Shown: positions 27,192 through 37,318, counted from the stretch's first letter. The stretch: 55,996 nucleotides of DNA from Candidatus Methylomirabilia bacterium (GCA_041497895.1 JBGQHJ010000013.1:1-55996); one strand, 5' to 3'. Notes: generated by a model from the sequence alone, not told the origin. Program-made: numbers and translations.

Positions 27192-28817
27192 ATGGAGAGC
27201 ACTCTCACCGAGGCGCGCATCCGGGCCACCATCGCGGCGGGTCACTGGCGCGACGAGAGCCTCGAGGCCTATCTCGACCGCTGGGCGCGCGAGCGTCCCT
27301 CCGGCACCGCGCTGGTCGACGGCCGCGGCCGCTGGTCGTGGGAGGCCCTCGCGCGCGCGGTGGACCGGGTCGCCGGCGGCCTGCGGGCGCACGGGCTCGA
27401 GCCGGGCGGGGTCCTCTCCTGCCAGCTCCCCAACTGGAGCGAGGCGGTGGTGCTCTTCCTGGCCGCCCTGCGGGTGGGGGCCGTCGTCAACCCGATCCCG
27501 CCGACCTACCGGGCGAGCGAGCTGCGGTTCATGCTCGGCCTGCTGGAGTCGCAGGTGGCGGTGGTGCCGGCCGGCTTCCGCGGCTTCGACCACGCGGGCA
27601 TGCTCGCCGCGCTTCGCCCCGCGCTGCCCCAGCTCCGGCACGTGTTCGTGGCCCGCGGCGAGGGGCCCGACGGCACCACGCCGCTCGCGACGCTGACCGA
27701 GGGGTCGTGGGAGGCGCGGAGCGATCGCGGCACGCTTCCCGGGATGGACGCCAACCGGGTTCACGAAGTGGTGTTCACCTCGGGTACCACCGGCGAGCCC
27801 AAGGGCGTGATGCATACCCAGAACACCACGTGCTCCACGATCCACCGGGCGATCGAGCGGCTCGAGCTCTCGGACCGGGACGTGATCCTGATGGCGTCCA
27901 CCGTCGGTCACCAGACCGGCTATCTCTACGGCTACTGCGCCAGCCTGCTGCTGGGCGCCACCACGGTGTGGATGGACGTCTGGAACGTGGACGAGGCGGC
28001 GCGGCTGATCGAGGCGGAGGGCGTGACCGCGACGATGGGCGCGACCCCGTTCCTGCGCGACCTGACCTACCGCGAGGCGGGGCGCGACCTGCGCTCGCTC
28101 CGGCTGTTCATCTCGGCGGGGGCACCCATCCCCCGCGCGCTGGTGCGGGACGCCCGGGAGCGGCTCGGCTGCGTCGTCTCGGCGGGCTGGGGGATGACCG
28201 AGAACGGTCTCGTCACGTGCAACGGGCTGCGGGACCCCGAGGAGAAGATCTTCGGCAGCGACGGGCTCCCGGTGCCGGGGATGGAGCTCCTGGTGGTGGA
28301 CGGCGACGGCGCCCCGGCCCCGGCCGGCGCCGAGGGCGACCTGCTGGCCCGGGGCGCGGCCCAGTTCGTCGGCTACTTCCGGCGCCCGCAGTTCACCGCG
28401 GACGCCCACACCGCCGACGGCTGGTTCCGCACCGGGGACCGCGCCACGATCGACCGCGACGGCTATCTCGCCATCACCGGCCGCACCAAGGACGTCATCA
28501 TCCGGGGCGGCGAGAACATCCCGGTCGTGGAGGTCGAGAACCTGCTCTACACTCATCCCAAGATCGCGGGCGTGGCCATCGTGGCCATGCCCGACCCCCG
28601 CCTGGGAGAGCGGGCGTGCGCGGTGGTCGTGCCCCGGGAGGGGCAGACCCTCACGCTCACCGAGATCGTCCGGTTCCTGGAGCAGCACCAGCTGGCGCGC
28701 CAGAAGTTTCCCGAGCGCCTCGAGCTGGTCTCCGAGTTCCCCACGACCCCCAGCGGCAAGATCCAGAAATACCGGCTCCGCGATCTGGTCGCCCAGCGCA
28801 TGGAGAGGCCCGTATGA
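27192..28817 (+). CDS. Acyl-CoA ligase, cyclohexanecarboxylate-CoA ligase (AliA)-like
   Basis: QLPNW, FTSGTTGEPKGVMH, HQTGYLYG, TMGATPFL, WGMTENG, GENIPVVEVE, TPSGKIQK. Confidence 0.85.
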   Translation: MESTLTEARIRATIAAGHWRDESLEAYLDRWARERPSGTALVDGRGRWSWEALARAVDRVAGGLRAHGLEPGGVLSCQLPNWSEAVVLFLAALRVGAVVNPIPPTYRASELRFMLGLLESQVAVVPAGFRGFDHAGMLAALRPALPQLRHVFVARGEGPDGTTPLATLTEGSWEARSDRGTLPGMDANRVHEVVFTSGTTGEPKGVMHTQNTTCSTIHRAIERLELSDRDVILMASTVGHQTGYLYGYCASLLLGATTVWMDVWNVDEAARLIEAEGVTATMGATPFLRDLTYREAGRDLRSLRLFISAGAPIPRALVRDARERLGCVVSAGWGMTENGLVTCNGLRDPEEKIFGSDGLPVPGMELLVVDGDGAPAPAGAEGDLLARGAAQFVGYFRRPQFTADAHTADGWFRTGDRATIDRDGYLAITGRTKDVIIRGGENIPVVEVENLLYTHPKIAGVAIVAMPDPRLGERACAVVVPREGQTLTLTEIVRFLEQHQLARQKFPERLELVSEFPTTPSGKIQKYRLRDLVAQRMERPV

Positions 28818-29611
28818 ATCTGAACCTCGAGGGCAAGAGCGTCATCGTCACCGGCGGCGGGTCGAACATCGGCCGCGCCATCAGCCTGGCCTTCGCCCGG
28901 GAAGGCACGCATCTGACCGTCGCCGAGATCGACGAGGGGCAGGGCGGCAAGGTGGTCGCCGAGGCCCGGCGCCTCGGGGCGGCCTCCGCGACCCTCGTCC
29001 CCACCGACGTGACCCGATGGGAGTCCGTCCAGGCCATGGTCCGCGAGGTGGAGGGGCGGGCCGGCCGGGTGGACGTGCTCGTGAACAACGTGGGCTGGAC
29101 CTACGACCGGCTCTTCGTCGAGAAGGAGCGGGCGGAGTGGGAGCGCGAGATCCAGCTCAACCTGTGGGGCATGATCAACTGCACGCGCGCGGTGCTGGAC
29201 GGCATGATCGCGCGCAAGGCGGGCGCCATCGTGAGCATGGGCTCGGACGCCGGGCGCATGGGTGAGTTTCGCGAGGCGGTCTACGGCGCCTGCAAGGCCG
29301 GGGTCATCGCGCTCAGCAAGAGCCTGGCGCGCGAGGTCGGCCGTCACGGCATCCGCCTCAACGTGGTCTGCCCCGGCATGACCATCCCGGCCACCGACGA
29401 GGACTTCGGCGGGCTCAGCATGTGGGCCGCCGACGCCAACCGGGCCTTCAGCGCTCCCGAGATGCAGGCGCGCATCGCCAAGGCCTATCCGCTGCGGCGC
29501 ATCGGCAAGCCGGAGGACGTGGCCCCGACGGTGGTCTTTCTCGCGTCCGAGGCGGCCGCCTTCATCACCGGGCAGACGGTGTCGGTGAGCGGCGGCTACA
29601 CGATGATGTGA
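28814..29611 (+). CDS. SDR dehydrogenase, 2-hydroxycyclohexanecarboxyl-CoA dehydrogenase (BadH)-like
   Basis: VTGGGSNIG, NNVGW, SDAGR.GE..EAVYGACKAG, ITGQTVSVSGG; ATGA coupling. Confidence 0.85.
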   Translation: MNLNLEGKSVIVTGGGSNIGRAISLAFAREGTHLTVAEIDEGQGGKVVAEARRLGAASATLVPTDVTRWESVQAMVREVEGRAGRVDVLVNNVGWTYDRLFVEKERAEWEREIQLNLWGMINCTRAVLDGMIARKAGAIVSMGSDAGRMGEFREAVYGACKAGVIALSKSLAREVGRHGIRLNVVCPGMTIPATDEDFGGLSMWAADANRAFSAPEMQARIAKAYPLRRIGKPEDVAPTVVFLASEAAAFITGQTVSVSGGYTMM

Positions 29612-29625
29612 GGCAGGAGACGCCC

Positions 29626-30402
29626 ATGGACTTCCGGACCATCACCTGTGCGACCGGCGACGGCATCGCGCGCGTCACGCTGAACCGCCCCGACCGGCTG
29701 AACGCGATCAGCCCCGAGCTGCTCGAGGATCTCGACCGCGCGTGCGACGTGGTGGAGGGCGACCGCGGGGTACGGGTGGTCACCCTCACCGCGGCGGGAC
29801 GGACGTTCTGCGCCGGCGCGGACCTGCGCGCGGTGAAGGAGCTCTCGCCCGATCCGGTGCGCTGGAGCGCGTTCATGGGCCTCTGGCACCGCGTCTTCGA
29901 TCGGATCGAGGCGCTGCCGGTCCCGGTCGTCGCGGGCGTGCACGGGCTCGCGCTCGCCGGCGGGCTCGAGCTCGTGCTGGTGGCGGACCTGGTCGTGGCC
30001 GACGAGGCCGCGCGCCTCGGGGACCAGCACGCCAACTTCGGGCTGGTGGCGGGGGGCGGGGGGAGCCAGCGCCTGCCGCGGCTCATCGGGGCCCGACGCG
30101 CGAAGGAGCTGATGCTGCTCGGCGGCTGGCTCGGCGCGAGCGACGCCCTCGCGTGGGGCCTGGTCAACCGGATCGTCCCCGCGGGCACGCTCACCGCCGC
30201 GGTCGAGGAGATGGCGGTCGCCCTCGCGGCGGGCAGCGCCTCCGCCAACCGGACCGTGAAGACGCTGGTCAATCGCGCCTTCGACTCCGCGCTGCCGGAC
30301 GGGCTCGAGCTCGAGCGCCGGCTGGTGGCCGAGCACATGCGCTCGGCCGACGCCGCCGAGGGGCTGCGGGCCTTCGCCGAGAAGCGCAAGCCGGTGTTCT
30401 AG
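29626..30402 (+). CDS. Enoyl-CoA hydratase/isomerase family protein
   Basis: LNRPDRLNA, FCAGADL, AGGLEL, GGGSQRLPRLIG, AF.EKR.P.F; second Glu position reads DQH. Confidence 0.9.
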   Translation: MDFRTITCATGDGIARVTLNRPDRLNAISPELLEDLDRACDVVEGDRGVRVVTLTAAGRTFCAGADLRAVKELSPDPVRWSAFMGLWHRVFDRIEALPVPVVAGVHGLALAGGLELVLVADLVVADEAARLGDQHANFGLVAGGGGSQRLPRLIGARRAKELMLLGGWLGASDALAWGLVNRIVPAGTLTAAVEEMAVALAAGSASANRTVKTLVNRAFDSALPDGLELERRLVAEHMRSADAAEGLRAFAEKRKPVF

Positions 30403-30410
30403 GAGACGTC

Positions 30411-31562
30411 ATGGACCTGGCATTCTCGCCCGAGCAGGAAGAGCTCGTCCGCATCCTCCGCCAGTTCGCCCGACGGGACCTGGCCCCGCAGTCGGCCCGC
30501 TGGGACCGGAGCGGGGAGTTTCCCGCCGACGCGTGGCGCCGGATGGGAGAGCTCGGCCTGCTCGGCTTGCGCGTGCCCGCGGCCTACGGCGGCCAGGAGT
30601 CCGACTTCGTCACCTTCGGCCTCGCGATGGAGGAGATCGGCCGCGGCGACTTCAGCTGCACCTACGGCATCCAGCTCGCCGGCCTGGCCGGCGAGATCCT
30701 GGGGCGGAGCGCGACGGAGGAGATCCGGGCGCGCTGGCTGCCGCCCACCGCCCGCGGTGAGGCGGTGGTGGCGCTCGCCCTCACCGAGCCCGGCGCGGGC
30801 TCGGACGCGGCCAACCTCGCGTGCCGGGCCGAGCGGGACGGCCAACACTACGTGCTCACCGGCGAGAAATCCGGCATCAGCCTCGGCATGGTGGCGCAGG
30901 CCGCGATCGTCTTCGCGCGCACCGATCCGGCCAGGCGGGCCCGCGGGGTCAGCGCCTTCCTGGTGCCCCTCGACCTGCCCGGCGTGTCGCGCAGTCCGCT
31001 GCGGGACATGGGCACCCGCGCCATCGCGCGCGCGGTGCTCGCCTTCGACCACGTCCGGGTGCCGGCGTCGCACCGCCTCGGCGAGGAAGGCACCGGGTTC
31101 TACCAGGTCATGCAGGGCTTCGACTACAACCGCATCGGCATCGCGCTCGCCTGCCTGGGCGTGGCCCAGCAGTCGGTCGAGGAGACCATCGCCTACGTGA
31201 AGGAGCGAAAGGCGTTCGGCCACGCGATCGCCCGGTTCCAGGGCGTCTCCTTCCCGATCGCGGAGGCGGCCACGCATCTGGAGGCCTGCCGCTGGCTCTG
31301 CTACCGGGCGCTCTGGCTCGCCGACCGCGGCCGGCCCCACACCAAGGAGTCGGCGATGACCAAGTGGTGGGGGCCGCGCCTGGCGGTCGACACCATCCAC
31401 CAGTGCCTGCTGCTCCACGGCCACTACGGCTACACCGACGAGCTGCCCTTCGCGCAGCGGATGCGCGACGTCATCGGGCTCGAGATCGGCGACGGCGCCG
31501 CCGAGGTGATGAAGATGGTGGTGGCCCGCGAGCTGATGGGGCGGGAGAGCCTGCCCTACTAG
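30411..31562 (+). CDS. Acyl-CoA dehydrogenase, cyclohexanecarboxyl-CoA dehydrogenase (AliB/BadJ)-like
   Basis: LTEPGAGSDA, GF.QVMQGFDY.R, QGVSFP.AE, KWWGP, IHQCLL.HGH.GY, RDV.GLEIGDG. Confidence 0.88.
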   Translation: MDLAFSPEQEELVRILRQFARRDLAPQSARWDRSGEFPADAWRRMGELGLLGLRVPAAYGGQESDFVTFGLAMEEIGRGDFSCTYGIQLAGLAGEILGRSATEEIRARWLPPTARGEAVVALALTEPGAGSDAANLACRAERDGQHYVLTGEKSGISLGMVAQAAIVFARTDPARRARGVSAFLVPLDLPGVSRSPLRDMGTRAIARAVLAFDHVRVPASHRLGEEGTGFYQVMQGFDYNRIGIALACLGVAQQSVEETIAYVKERKAFGHAIARFQGVSFPIAEAATHLEACRWLCYRALWLADRGRPHTKESAMTKWWGPRLAVDTIHQCLLLHGHYGYTDELPFAQRMRDVIGLEIGDGAAEVMKMVVARELMGRESLPY

Positions 31563-31640
31563 CCGGCCTCCCGGTCCCGGCCGGATGTGAGAGAATGCCT
31601 CCGCTTCAAATCCCTCCGCGGAAACGACAAGGAGCGCTCA

Positions 31641-31856
31641 ATGTCTGAGGACGTCAAGGCCCACATCACCGGCGTGGTCTTCCAGCTCACCACCAAGCCG
31701 GGCGACGCGGTGGCGGCCGGGGATCCGGTCATCGTGCTCGAGTCCATGAAGATGGAGATCCCGGTGGAGGCCCCACGCGCGGGCAAGGTGCGGGAGATCA
31801 AGGTGGCCGAGGGCCAGACGGTGCAGGAGGGAGACACCGTCGCGGTGCTCGACTGA
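31641..31856 (+). CDS. Stand-alone biotin carboxyl carrier protein
   Basis: LESMKMEIPV biotin-lysine motif; AAGGAG RBS. Confidence 0.92.
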   Translation: MSEDVKAHITGVVFQLTTKPGDAVAAGDPVIVLESMKMEIPVEAPRAGKVREIKVAEGQTVQEGDTVAVLD

Positions 31857-31881
31857 TCCGCCCCCTCGAGGAGGACACGAC

Positions 31882-32385
31882 ATGGCCGTCGCGATGATCC
31901 GCGACCTCTACGACTATCATCGCTGGGCGAACCGGCGGCTCTTCGACCTGGCGGCGGGCCTGGGCGACGCGGTCACCCGGGACATGGGCGCGCACTGGAG
32001 CTTTCCCACGCTCAAGGGGATGTTCGCCCACATCTACGGGGCCGACAACGTCTGGCTCGCGCGCTGGAAGGGATCGTCGCCGGGCCGCCTCCTGGGCGAC
32101 GCCGACTTCCCCACCGTCGCCGACCTCCGCGCTCGCTGGGACGCGCTCGAAGCCGAGCAGCGGGCGTTCGTGGACGGGCTCGGGGAGGCCGACCTCGCCC
32201 GGCCGGTCGTCTACAAGAACACCTCGGGCCAGGAGTTCCGCGTGGCTCTCGGGCCGCTGCTGCAGCACGTGGTCAATCACGCGACCCATCATCGCAGCGA
32301 GGCCGCCACCATGATCACGCTGATCAGCGGCTCGCCGCCCGACACCGGGATCAACACCTATCGCGTCGCGGTCGTGAAGGGCTGA
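31882..32385 (+). CDS. DinB/YfiT-like family protein (putative thiol-dependent metalloenzyme)
   Basis: Y..WAN.RL, FAHI..AD..WL.R, HVVNHATHHR His triad. Confidence 0.85.
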   Translation: MAVAMIRDLYDYHRWANRRLFDLAAGLGDAVTRDMGAHWSFPTLKGMFAHIYGADNVWLARWKGSSPGRLLGDADFPTVADLRARWDALEAEQRAFVDGLGEADLARPVVYKNTSGQEFRVALGPLLQHVVNHATHHRSEAATMITLISGSPPDTGINTYRVAVVKG

Positions 32386-32390
32386 TCCCG

Positions 32391-33941
32391 ATGGGAATGA
32401 AGGAGCTGGCGGACGATCTCCGGGCGCGGCGGGAGCGCGCCCGGGCGATGGGCGGAGCCGAGGCGATCGCCAAGCAGCACGCCGAGGGGAAGCTGACCGT
32501 CCGCGAGCGCCTGGATCTGCTCTTCGACGCGGAGTCGTTCCAGGAGATCGGGGTGCTGGCCACCCACGCCAACATCGTCCCGTCCATGAAGGGGCGGGAG
32601 ACTCCCGCCGACGGGGTCGTCACCGGCTTCGGCAAGGTGGACGGCCGGCCCGCCGCGGTGATCGCCTACGACTTCACGGTGATGGCGGGCTCGATGGGGC
32701 GCACCGCGGAGGTGAAGTGCAACCGCGCCCGCGAGATCGCGCTCGGCAAGCGCATGCCGATGATCTGGCTGATCGACTCGGCGGGCGCCCGCATCCAGGA
32801 AGCGATCGGCTCCACCTTCGCCGGATCGGGCTTCCTGTTCCGGGAGGAGTCGATCATGTCGGGGGTGGTCCCGATGGTGGCGGCCATGATGGGGCCGGGC
32901 GCCGCCGGCACCGCCTACATCCCGGCCCTGGCCGACTTCGTCCCGATGGTCAAGGGCACGAGCCACATGGCGCTCGGGGGCCCACCGCTCGTGAAGGCGG
33001 TGGTGGGGGAGGACATCACCGCGGAGGAGCTGGGCGGCTCCAAGGTGCACACCGAGATCTCCGGGGTGGCGGATCTCGAGGTGGCGGACGATCGCGCGTG
33101 CATCGCGGCGGTGAAGGAGTATCTCTCGTTCTTTCCGTCGTCGAACCTGGAGCCGGCCCCGATGCGGCCCTGCGACGACCCCGCCGATCGGATGGACGAG
33201 GCGCTGGTGAGCCTCGTGCCGGACAGCGCCCGCCGCGCCTACGACATGAAGAAGGTGATCGGGCACCTAGTCGACCACGGGCGCTTCTTCGAGATCAAGC
33301 CCGGATGGGCGCGCAACCTCGTCACCGCGCTCGCGCGCCTCGGCGGCCGCCCGGTCGGCATCGTGGCCAACCAGCCCATGGTGCTGGGCGGCGCGCTCGA
33401 CGTGGACGCGGCCGACAAGGCGGCGCGCTTCATCATGCTGTGCGACGCCTTCAATGTTCCGCTGGTGTTCCTGCAAGATGTGCCCGGCTTCCTGGTGGGC
33501 TCGAAGGTCGAGCGGCAGGGCATCATCCGCCACGGGGCCAAGATGCTCTACGCGGTGAGCGAGGCCACCGTGCCCAAGGTCACGGTGGTGGTGCGCAAGG
33601 CCTACGGGGCGGGCTACTTCGTGATGTGCGGGCGCGCCTACGAGCCGGACCTCATCGTGGCCTGGCCCACCGCCGAGATCTCGGTGATGGGGCCGGAGGG
33701 AGGTACCAACATCATCTTCCGGAAGGAGATCGCCGCCGCGGCCAGCCCGGACGAGGAGCGGGCGCGGCGGGTGGAGGAGTTCCGCCGTCTCATCAACCCG
33801 TACATCGCGGCGGGCGGCGCGCTCATCGACGACGTCATCGACCCCCGCGAGACGCGCCCGGTGATCATCCGCGCCCTCGAGATGGCCCGCACCAAGAAGA
33901 TCGAGCGGCCCTGGAAGAAGCACGGCGTGATGCCGGTCTGA
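32391..33941 (+). CDS. Acyl-CoA carboxylase carboxyltransferase (beta) subunit
   Basis: GKLTVRERL, DGVVTG, DS.GARIQE, LGG..VH...SGVAD, RKAYGAG, IDDVIDPRETR. Confidence 0.93.
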   Translation: MGMKELADDLRARRERARAMGGAEAIAKQHAEGKLTVRERLDLLFDAESFQEIGVLATHANIVPSMKGRETPADGVVTGFGKVDGRPAAVIAYDFTVMAGSMGRTAEVKCNRAREIALGKRMPMIWLIDSAGARIQEAIGSTFAGSGFLFREESIMSGVVPMVAAMMGPGAAGTAYIPALADFVPMVKGTSHMALGGPPLVKAVVGEDITAEELGGSKVHTEISGVADLEVADDRACIAAVKEYLSFFPSSNLEPAPMRPCDDPADRMDEALVSLVPDSARRAYDMKKVIGHLVDHGRFFEIKPGWARNLVTALARLGGRPVGIVANQPMVLGGALDVDAADKAARFIMLCDAFNVPLVFLQDVPGFLVGSKVERQGIIRHGAKMLYAVSEATVPKVTVVVRKAYGAGYFVMCGRAYEPDLIVAWPTAEISVMGPEGGTNIIFRKEIAAAASPDEERARRVEEFRRLINPYIAAGGALIDDVIDPRETRPVIIRALEMARTKKIERPWKKHGVMPV

Positions 33942-33958
33942 CCCGAAAGGAGAGAGTC

Positions 33959-34795
33959 ATGCACATCGGAATCTGCATGTTCGCCACCGACTACGCGATC
34001 CGCGCCGACGAGCTGGCCCGCGCCGCCGAGGAGCGCGGCTTCGAGTCGCTGTTCGTCCCGGAGCACACCCACATCCCGGCCAGCCGCCGCACCCCGTTCC
34101 CGGGCGGCGGCCAGCTCCCCAAGGAGTACTCGCACACCTTCGATCCGTTCGTCTCGCTGATGGCGGCGGCCGCCGCGACCAAGCGCCTGAAGATCGGCAC
34201 CGGCATCTGCCTGATCATCGAGCGCGACCCCATCACCACCGCCAAGGAGGTGGCGAGCCTCGACCTGCTCTCGGGCGGGCGCTTCCTCTTCGGCATCGGG
34301 GCGGGCTGGAACGCGGAGGAGATGGAGAACCACGGCACCGAGTTCAAGAGCCGCTTCAAGCGGATGCGCGAGCAGGTGCTGGCCATGAAGGAGATCTGGA
34401 CCAAGGACGAGGCCCAGTTCCACGGCCAGCACGTCAACTTCGATCCGATCTGGGCGTGGCCCAAGCCGGCCCAGAAGCCGCATCCGCCGGTGCTCCTGGG
34501 TGGGGAGAGCGGTCACACGCTCCAGCGGGTGGTCGACTTCTGCGAGGGCTGGTTCCCGCGGGGCCGCGCGGGCGACGTGATCCTGGCCGGGCTCAGGGAC
34601 CTCCAGGCCCGGGCCGCTCGCGCCGGCCGCGACATGAAGACGATCTCGGTCTCGGTCTTCGGGGCCAAGCCGGACGAGGCCACGCTCGAGACCTTCGCGG
34701 GCGCCGGCATCACCCGCTCGATCCTCCGCTTGCCGTCCGAGGGACGCGAGGTGATCCTGCCGCTGCTCGACCAGTACGCCAAGCTGATCCGCTAG
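33959..34795 (+). CDS. LLM class (probably F420-dependent) oxidoreductase
   Basis: GFESLFVPEHTHIP, DPFVSL, AKEVASLDLLSGGRF.FGIGAGWN.EEM.NHG, PKP.QKPHPP. Confidence 0.88.
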   Translation: MHIGICMFATDYAIRADELARAAEERGFESLFVPEHTHIPASRRTPFPGGGQLPKEYSHTFDPFVSLMAAAAATKRLKIGTGICLIIERDPITTAKEVASLDLLSGGRFLFGIGAGWNAEEMENHGTEFKSRFKRMREQVLAMKEIWTKDEAQFHGQHVNFDPIWAWPKPAQKPHPPVLLGGESGHTLQRVVDFCEGWFPRGRAGDVILAGLRDLQARAARAGRDMKTISVSVFGAKPDEATLETFAGAGITRSILRLPSEGREVILPLLDQYAKLIR

Positions 34796-34804
34796 GACGC
34801 AACT

Positions 34805-34894
34805 CGCGGGCGGAGTCCGCTTCGAGCGCGGGCTCCGCCCGCGCATCCCGTGGTCGGGGGGAGGTTCGGAAGGGGGGCGTGAGCCCCCCTCCGA
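34805..34894. repeat. Twin GC-rich hairpins between convergent genes (repeat-like / bidirectional terminator)
   Basis: CGCGGGCGGAGTCCGC..GCGGGCTCCGCCCGCG, then GGGGGGAGG-TTCGGA-AGGGGGGC-GTGA-GCCCCCCT-CCGA. Confidence 0.6.
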
Positions 34895-34895
34895 G

Positions 34896-36419
34896 TCAGT
34901 TCTCGACGAAGGCGCGCAGCGCGCGGCCGCGCAGCGGGTGGCGCAGCTTGCGCAGCGCCTTGGTCTCGATCTGGCGGATGCGCTCCCGGGTCACCGAGAA
35001 GCGGCGGCCCACCTCCTCGAGGGTGTGCTCGCCGGCCTCGCCGATGCCGAAGCGCAGACGCAGGATCTCCTTCTCCTTGGGCGACAGCGTGCTGAGCGCG
35101 CGCTCGACCTGCGTGGTCAGGTCCTGGGTGATCAGGTTGTCGTTGGGCGACTCGGCTCCCTTGTCCTCCAGGAAGTCGCCCAGCTCCGAGTCGTCCCCGA
35201 TCGGGGTCTCGAGCGAGAGCGGCTTGCGCGAGGACTCCAGGATGAGCCGCACCTTGCGCGCCGGCACTCCGGTGTGCTGGGCCAGCTCCTCCGGGGTGGG
35301 CTCGCGTCCCATCTCGTTGACCAGGGAGCGGTTCACCCGCGAGATGCGGTTGAGCGTCTCGACCATGTGCACCGGGATCCGGATGGTGCGCGAGTGGTCC
35401 GCGATCGCGCGGGTGATGGCCTGCCGGATCCACCACGTGGCGTAGGTCGAGAACTTGAAGCCCCGCCGGTACTGGAAGCGGTCCACCGCCTTCATGAGGC
35501 CGATGTTGCCCTCCTGGACCAGGTCCAGCAGCGACAGCTCGCTGCCCAGGTAGCGCTTGGCCACCGAGACGACCAAGCGCAGGTTGGCCTCCATCAGCTC
35601 CTTCTTGGCCTGCCGCACCACCCGGTCGTGCTCTTCGATCTCGCCGAGCGAGGCGAGCAGGGCCTTGCGGCCGAGGCCCGCGCTCTCCTCGAGCTGCCGC
35701 AGCTCGGGCCGGGTCTTGCCCGCGCCCATGCTCTTGACGAGCTGGCGGATGTCGGCCACGAGCTGGTCGGCCAGCGCCGGCTTGAGCGGGAGGTTCTCGA
35801 GCACGGACTGGATCGACGCCCGGTTCTGGGCGATCCACTTGTTGTAGTTGTCGCGCGTGGTCTTGCTTCGCCGCTTGTCGCGGAGCGCGGTCTGGAGCCG
35901 CTCGATCTCCCGCTCCAGACGACGGATGCGCGCGAACGCGGCCAGGCTCGAGCGGACCTCGCTCGGCGTGGGCTCACCACCCTCGGGCAGGAGGATCACG
36001 TCGTCGAGCGGAACCTCCTCGCGGCGCACGCGATCGACCAGGGCCAGCAGCTTGGCGGTGGCGAACGGCACCCGACCGAGCGCGCGGCGGAGCGCGATCT
36101 GGCCGATCTCGATCCGCTGGCCGATCGAGACCTCCTCCTCGGCCTTGAGCAGGGAGACCTTGCCGATCTCCTTGAGGTAGAGGCGGACCGGGTCCTCGGC
36201 GGGCGAGGCCGACGGCCGAAGCGCTTCCTCGGACAGCGCGGGAGTCTCGTCCAGCTCGACCGCGGAGTCGACCACGCGGTCGAGCTCGTCGTCCACCGGT
36301 GGTGTCGCGGTCTTGCTCAGGATCTGGGGCTGCCGCCCGCGCCGCTTTGGCTCGGTCGAGCCCCCTCTGAATTGGCCTGTCTCGATCGCGGTCACGCTGT
36401 CGGTCTCTCTAAAAGTCAT
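34896..36419 (-). CDS. RpoD/SigA-family sigma70 factor
   Basis: [11 protein letters not shown] (1.2), [59 protein letters not shown]; no recognisable region 1.1. Confidence 0.93.
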   Translation of the reverse strand: MTFRETDSVTAIETGQFRGGSTEPKRRGRQPQILSKTATPPVDDELDRVVDSAVELDETPALSEEALRPSASPAEDPVRLYLKEIGKVSLLKAEEEVSIGQRIEIGQIALRRALGRVPFATAKLLALVDRVRREEVPLDDVILLPEGGEPTPSEVRSSLAAFARIRRLEREIERLQTALRDKRRSKTTRDNYNKWIAQNRASIQSVLENLPLKPALADQLVADIRQLVKSMGAGKTRPELRQLEESAGLGRKALLASLGEIEEHDRVVRQAKKELMEANLRLVVSVAKRYLGSELSLLDLVQEGNIGLMKAVDRFQYRRGFKFSTYATWWIRQAITRAIADHSRTIRIPVHMVETLNRISRVNRSLVNEMGREPTPEELAQHTGVPARKVRLILESSRKPLSLETPIGDDSELGDFLEDKGAESPNDNLITQDLTTQVERALSTLSPKEKEILRLRFGIGEAGEHTLEEVGRRFSVTRERIRQIETKALRKLRHPLRGRALRAFVEN

Positions 36420-36712
36420 TACGGCCCCTCGTATTCGTCGGGATGCTTCCGGTAATTGTTTCCCTGGTCCGTCCTTTTTCGGCTCCGCCCTCAGTCGTTT
36501 AGATGGCGTCTCGGGCGCTTCGGTTGCAGCGCCCGAAGCCGCGGCGAGGGTTTATCGAGGAACCGGCAGACCACGCCCCGCGTTCCTCGCGGCTCCCGCC
36601 GTTCAAAGCAGACGCGTCCAGACCGGCAGGTATTCAGGCGGGCGGGCACTCGGGAGCCTTCACGAGCCCCCAAAGTGGATGGGACGACGAGAAGAGCGGG
36701 AAAACGGGGTGG

Positions 36713-37318
36713 TTACTGGGCCCGGTTGAGGGTCAGGTCGAATATCGCCAGCACGCTGTCCTTCATGCTGATCATCCAGGTGCGAATGAGCGGGACGCCC
36801 CAGTCCCCTGGCCTTACCCAGCTCTCGCCGCGGACCCACAGGGATCCCCCCGGCTTCAGACGGACCCGGCCCGCGAACGTCGTCGGCCGGCCGATATCCT
36901 TGATGGTGAGCACCCCGTGGATCGTCAGGATCACGTCGTTGTTCTCGGCCAGCGACGGGAAGGAGCTATCCACCTTGTCGATCCGGTAGCGGATGTCGGC
37001 GTGATGGTCGGTGTCGAGCGCGCGACGGATGTCCTTGTCCCGGCTGGGCTCTCCCGAGCGCAGGCCGGTGGCCGGCACGGTCAGATTCCCCTTGATCGGC
37101 TGCCGGAGATCGGAGGCATCGAGCTCGACCTCGCCCGTCGCCCCCGCCGCTGCCGCCGAGAACCTACCGAACGCGAAGGGATGGAACGCGTCGAAGCTCA
37201 CCCGGCTCTTCTCGGGCTCGATCGTGAAGCGCTGGGTCTCGGCCAGGGTGGGGGACGCCAGGAGCGATCCGCCCAGGAGGGCGCCGACGAGGACCGTGAG
37301 CGCGCGTTGGCCGGGCAC
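36713..37318 (-). CDS. YceI family secreted polyisoprenoid-binding protein
   Basis: Signal peptide, F.I.PEKS.V.F, L.SG...RD, G.LTIK; start uncertain (37318 or 37339). Confidence 0.8.
   Translation of the reverse strand: MPGQRALTVLVGALLGGSLLASPTLAETQRFTIEPEKSRVSFDAFHPFAFGRFSAAAAGATGEVELDASDLRQPIKGNLTVPATGLRSGEPSRDKDIRRALDTDHHADIRYRIDKVDSSFPSLAENNDVILTIHGVLTIKDIGRPTTFAGRVRLKPGGSLWVRGESWVRPGDWGVPLIRTWMISMKDSVLAIFDLTLNRAQ

Noticed and set aside
29626..30402. Crotonase as the ring-cleaving BadI
   Set aside because: It lacks MenB/BadI-type motifs (FC.GGDQ, GS.D.G.G); its exact reaction is left unassigned.
31882..32385. DinB-family protein as a second DNA polymerase IV
   Set aside because: It is the unrelated four-helix DinB/YfiT His-triad family; only the name is shared.
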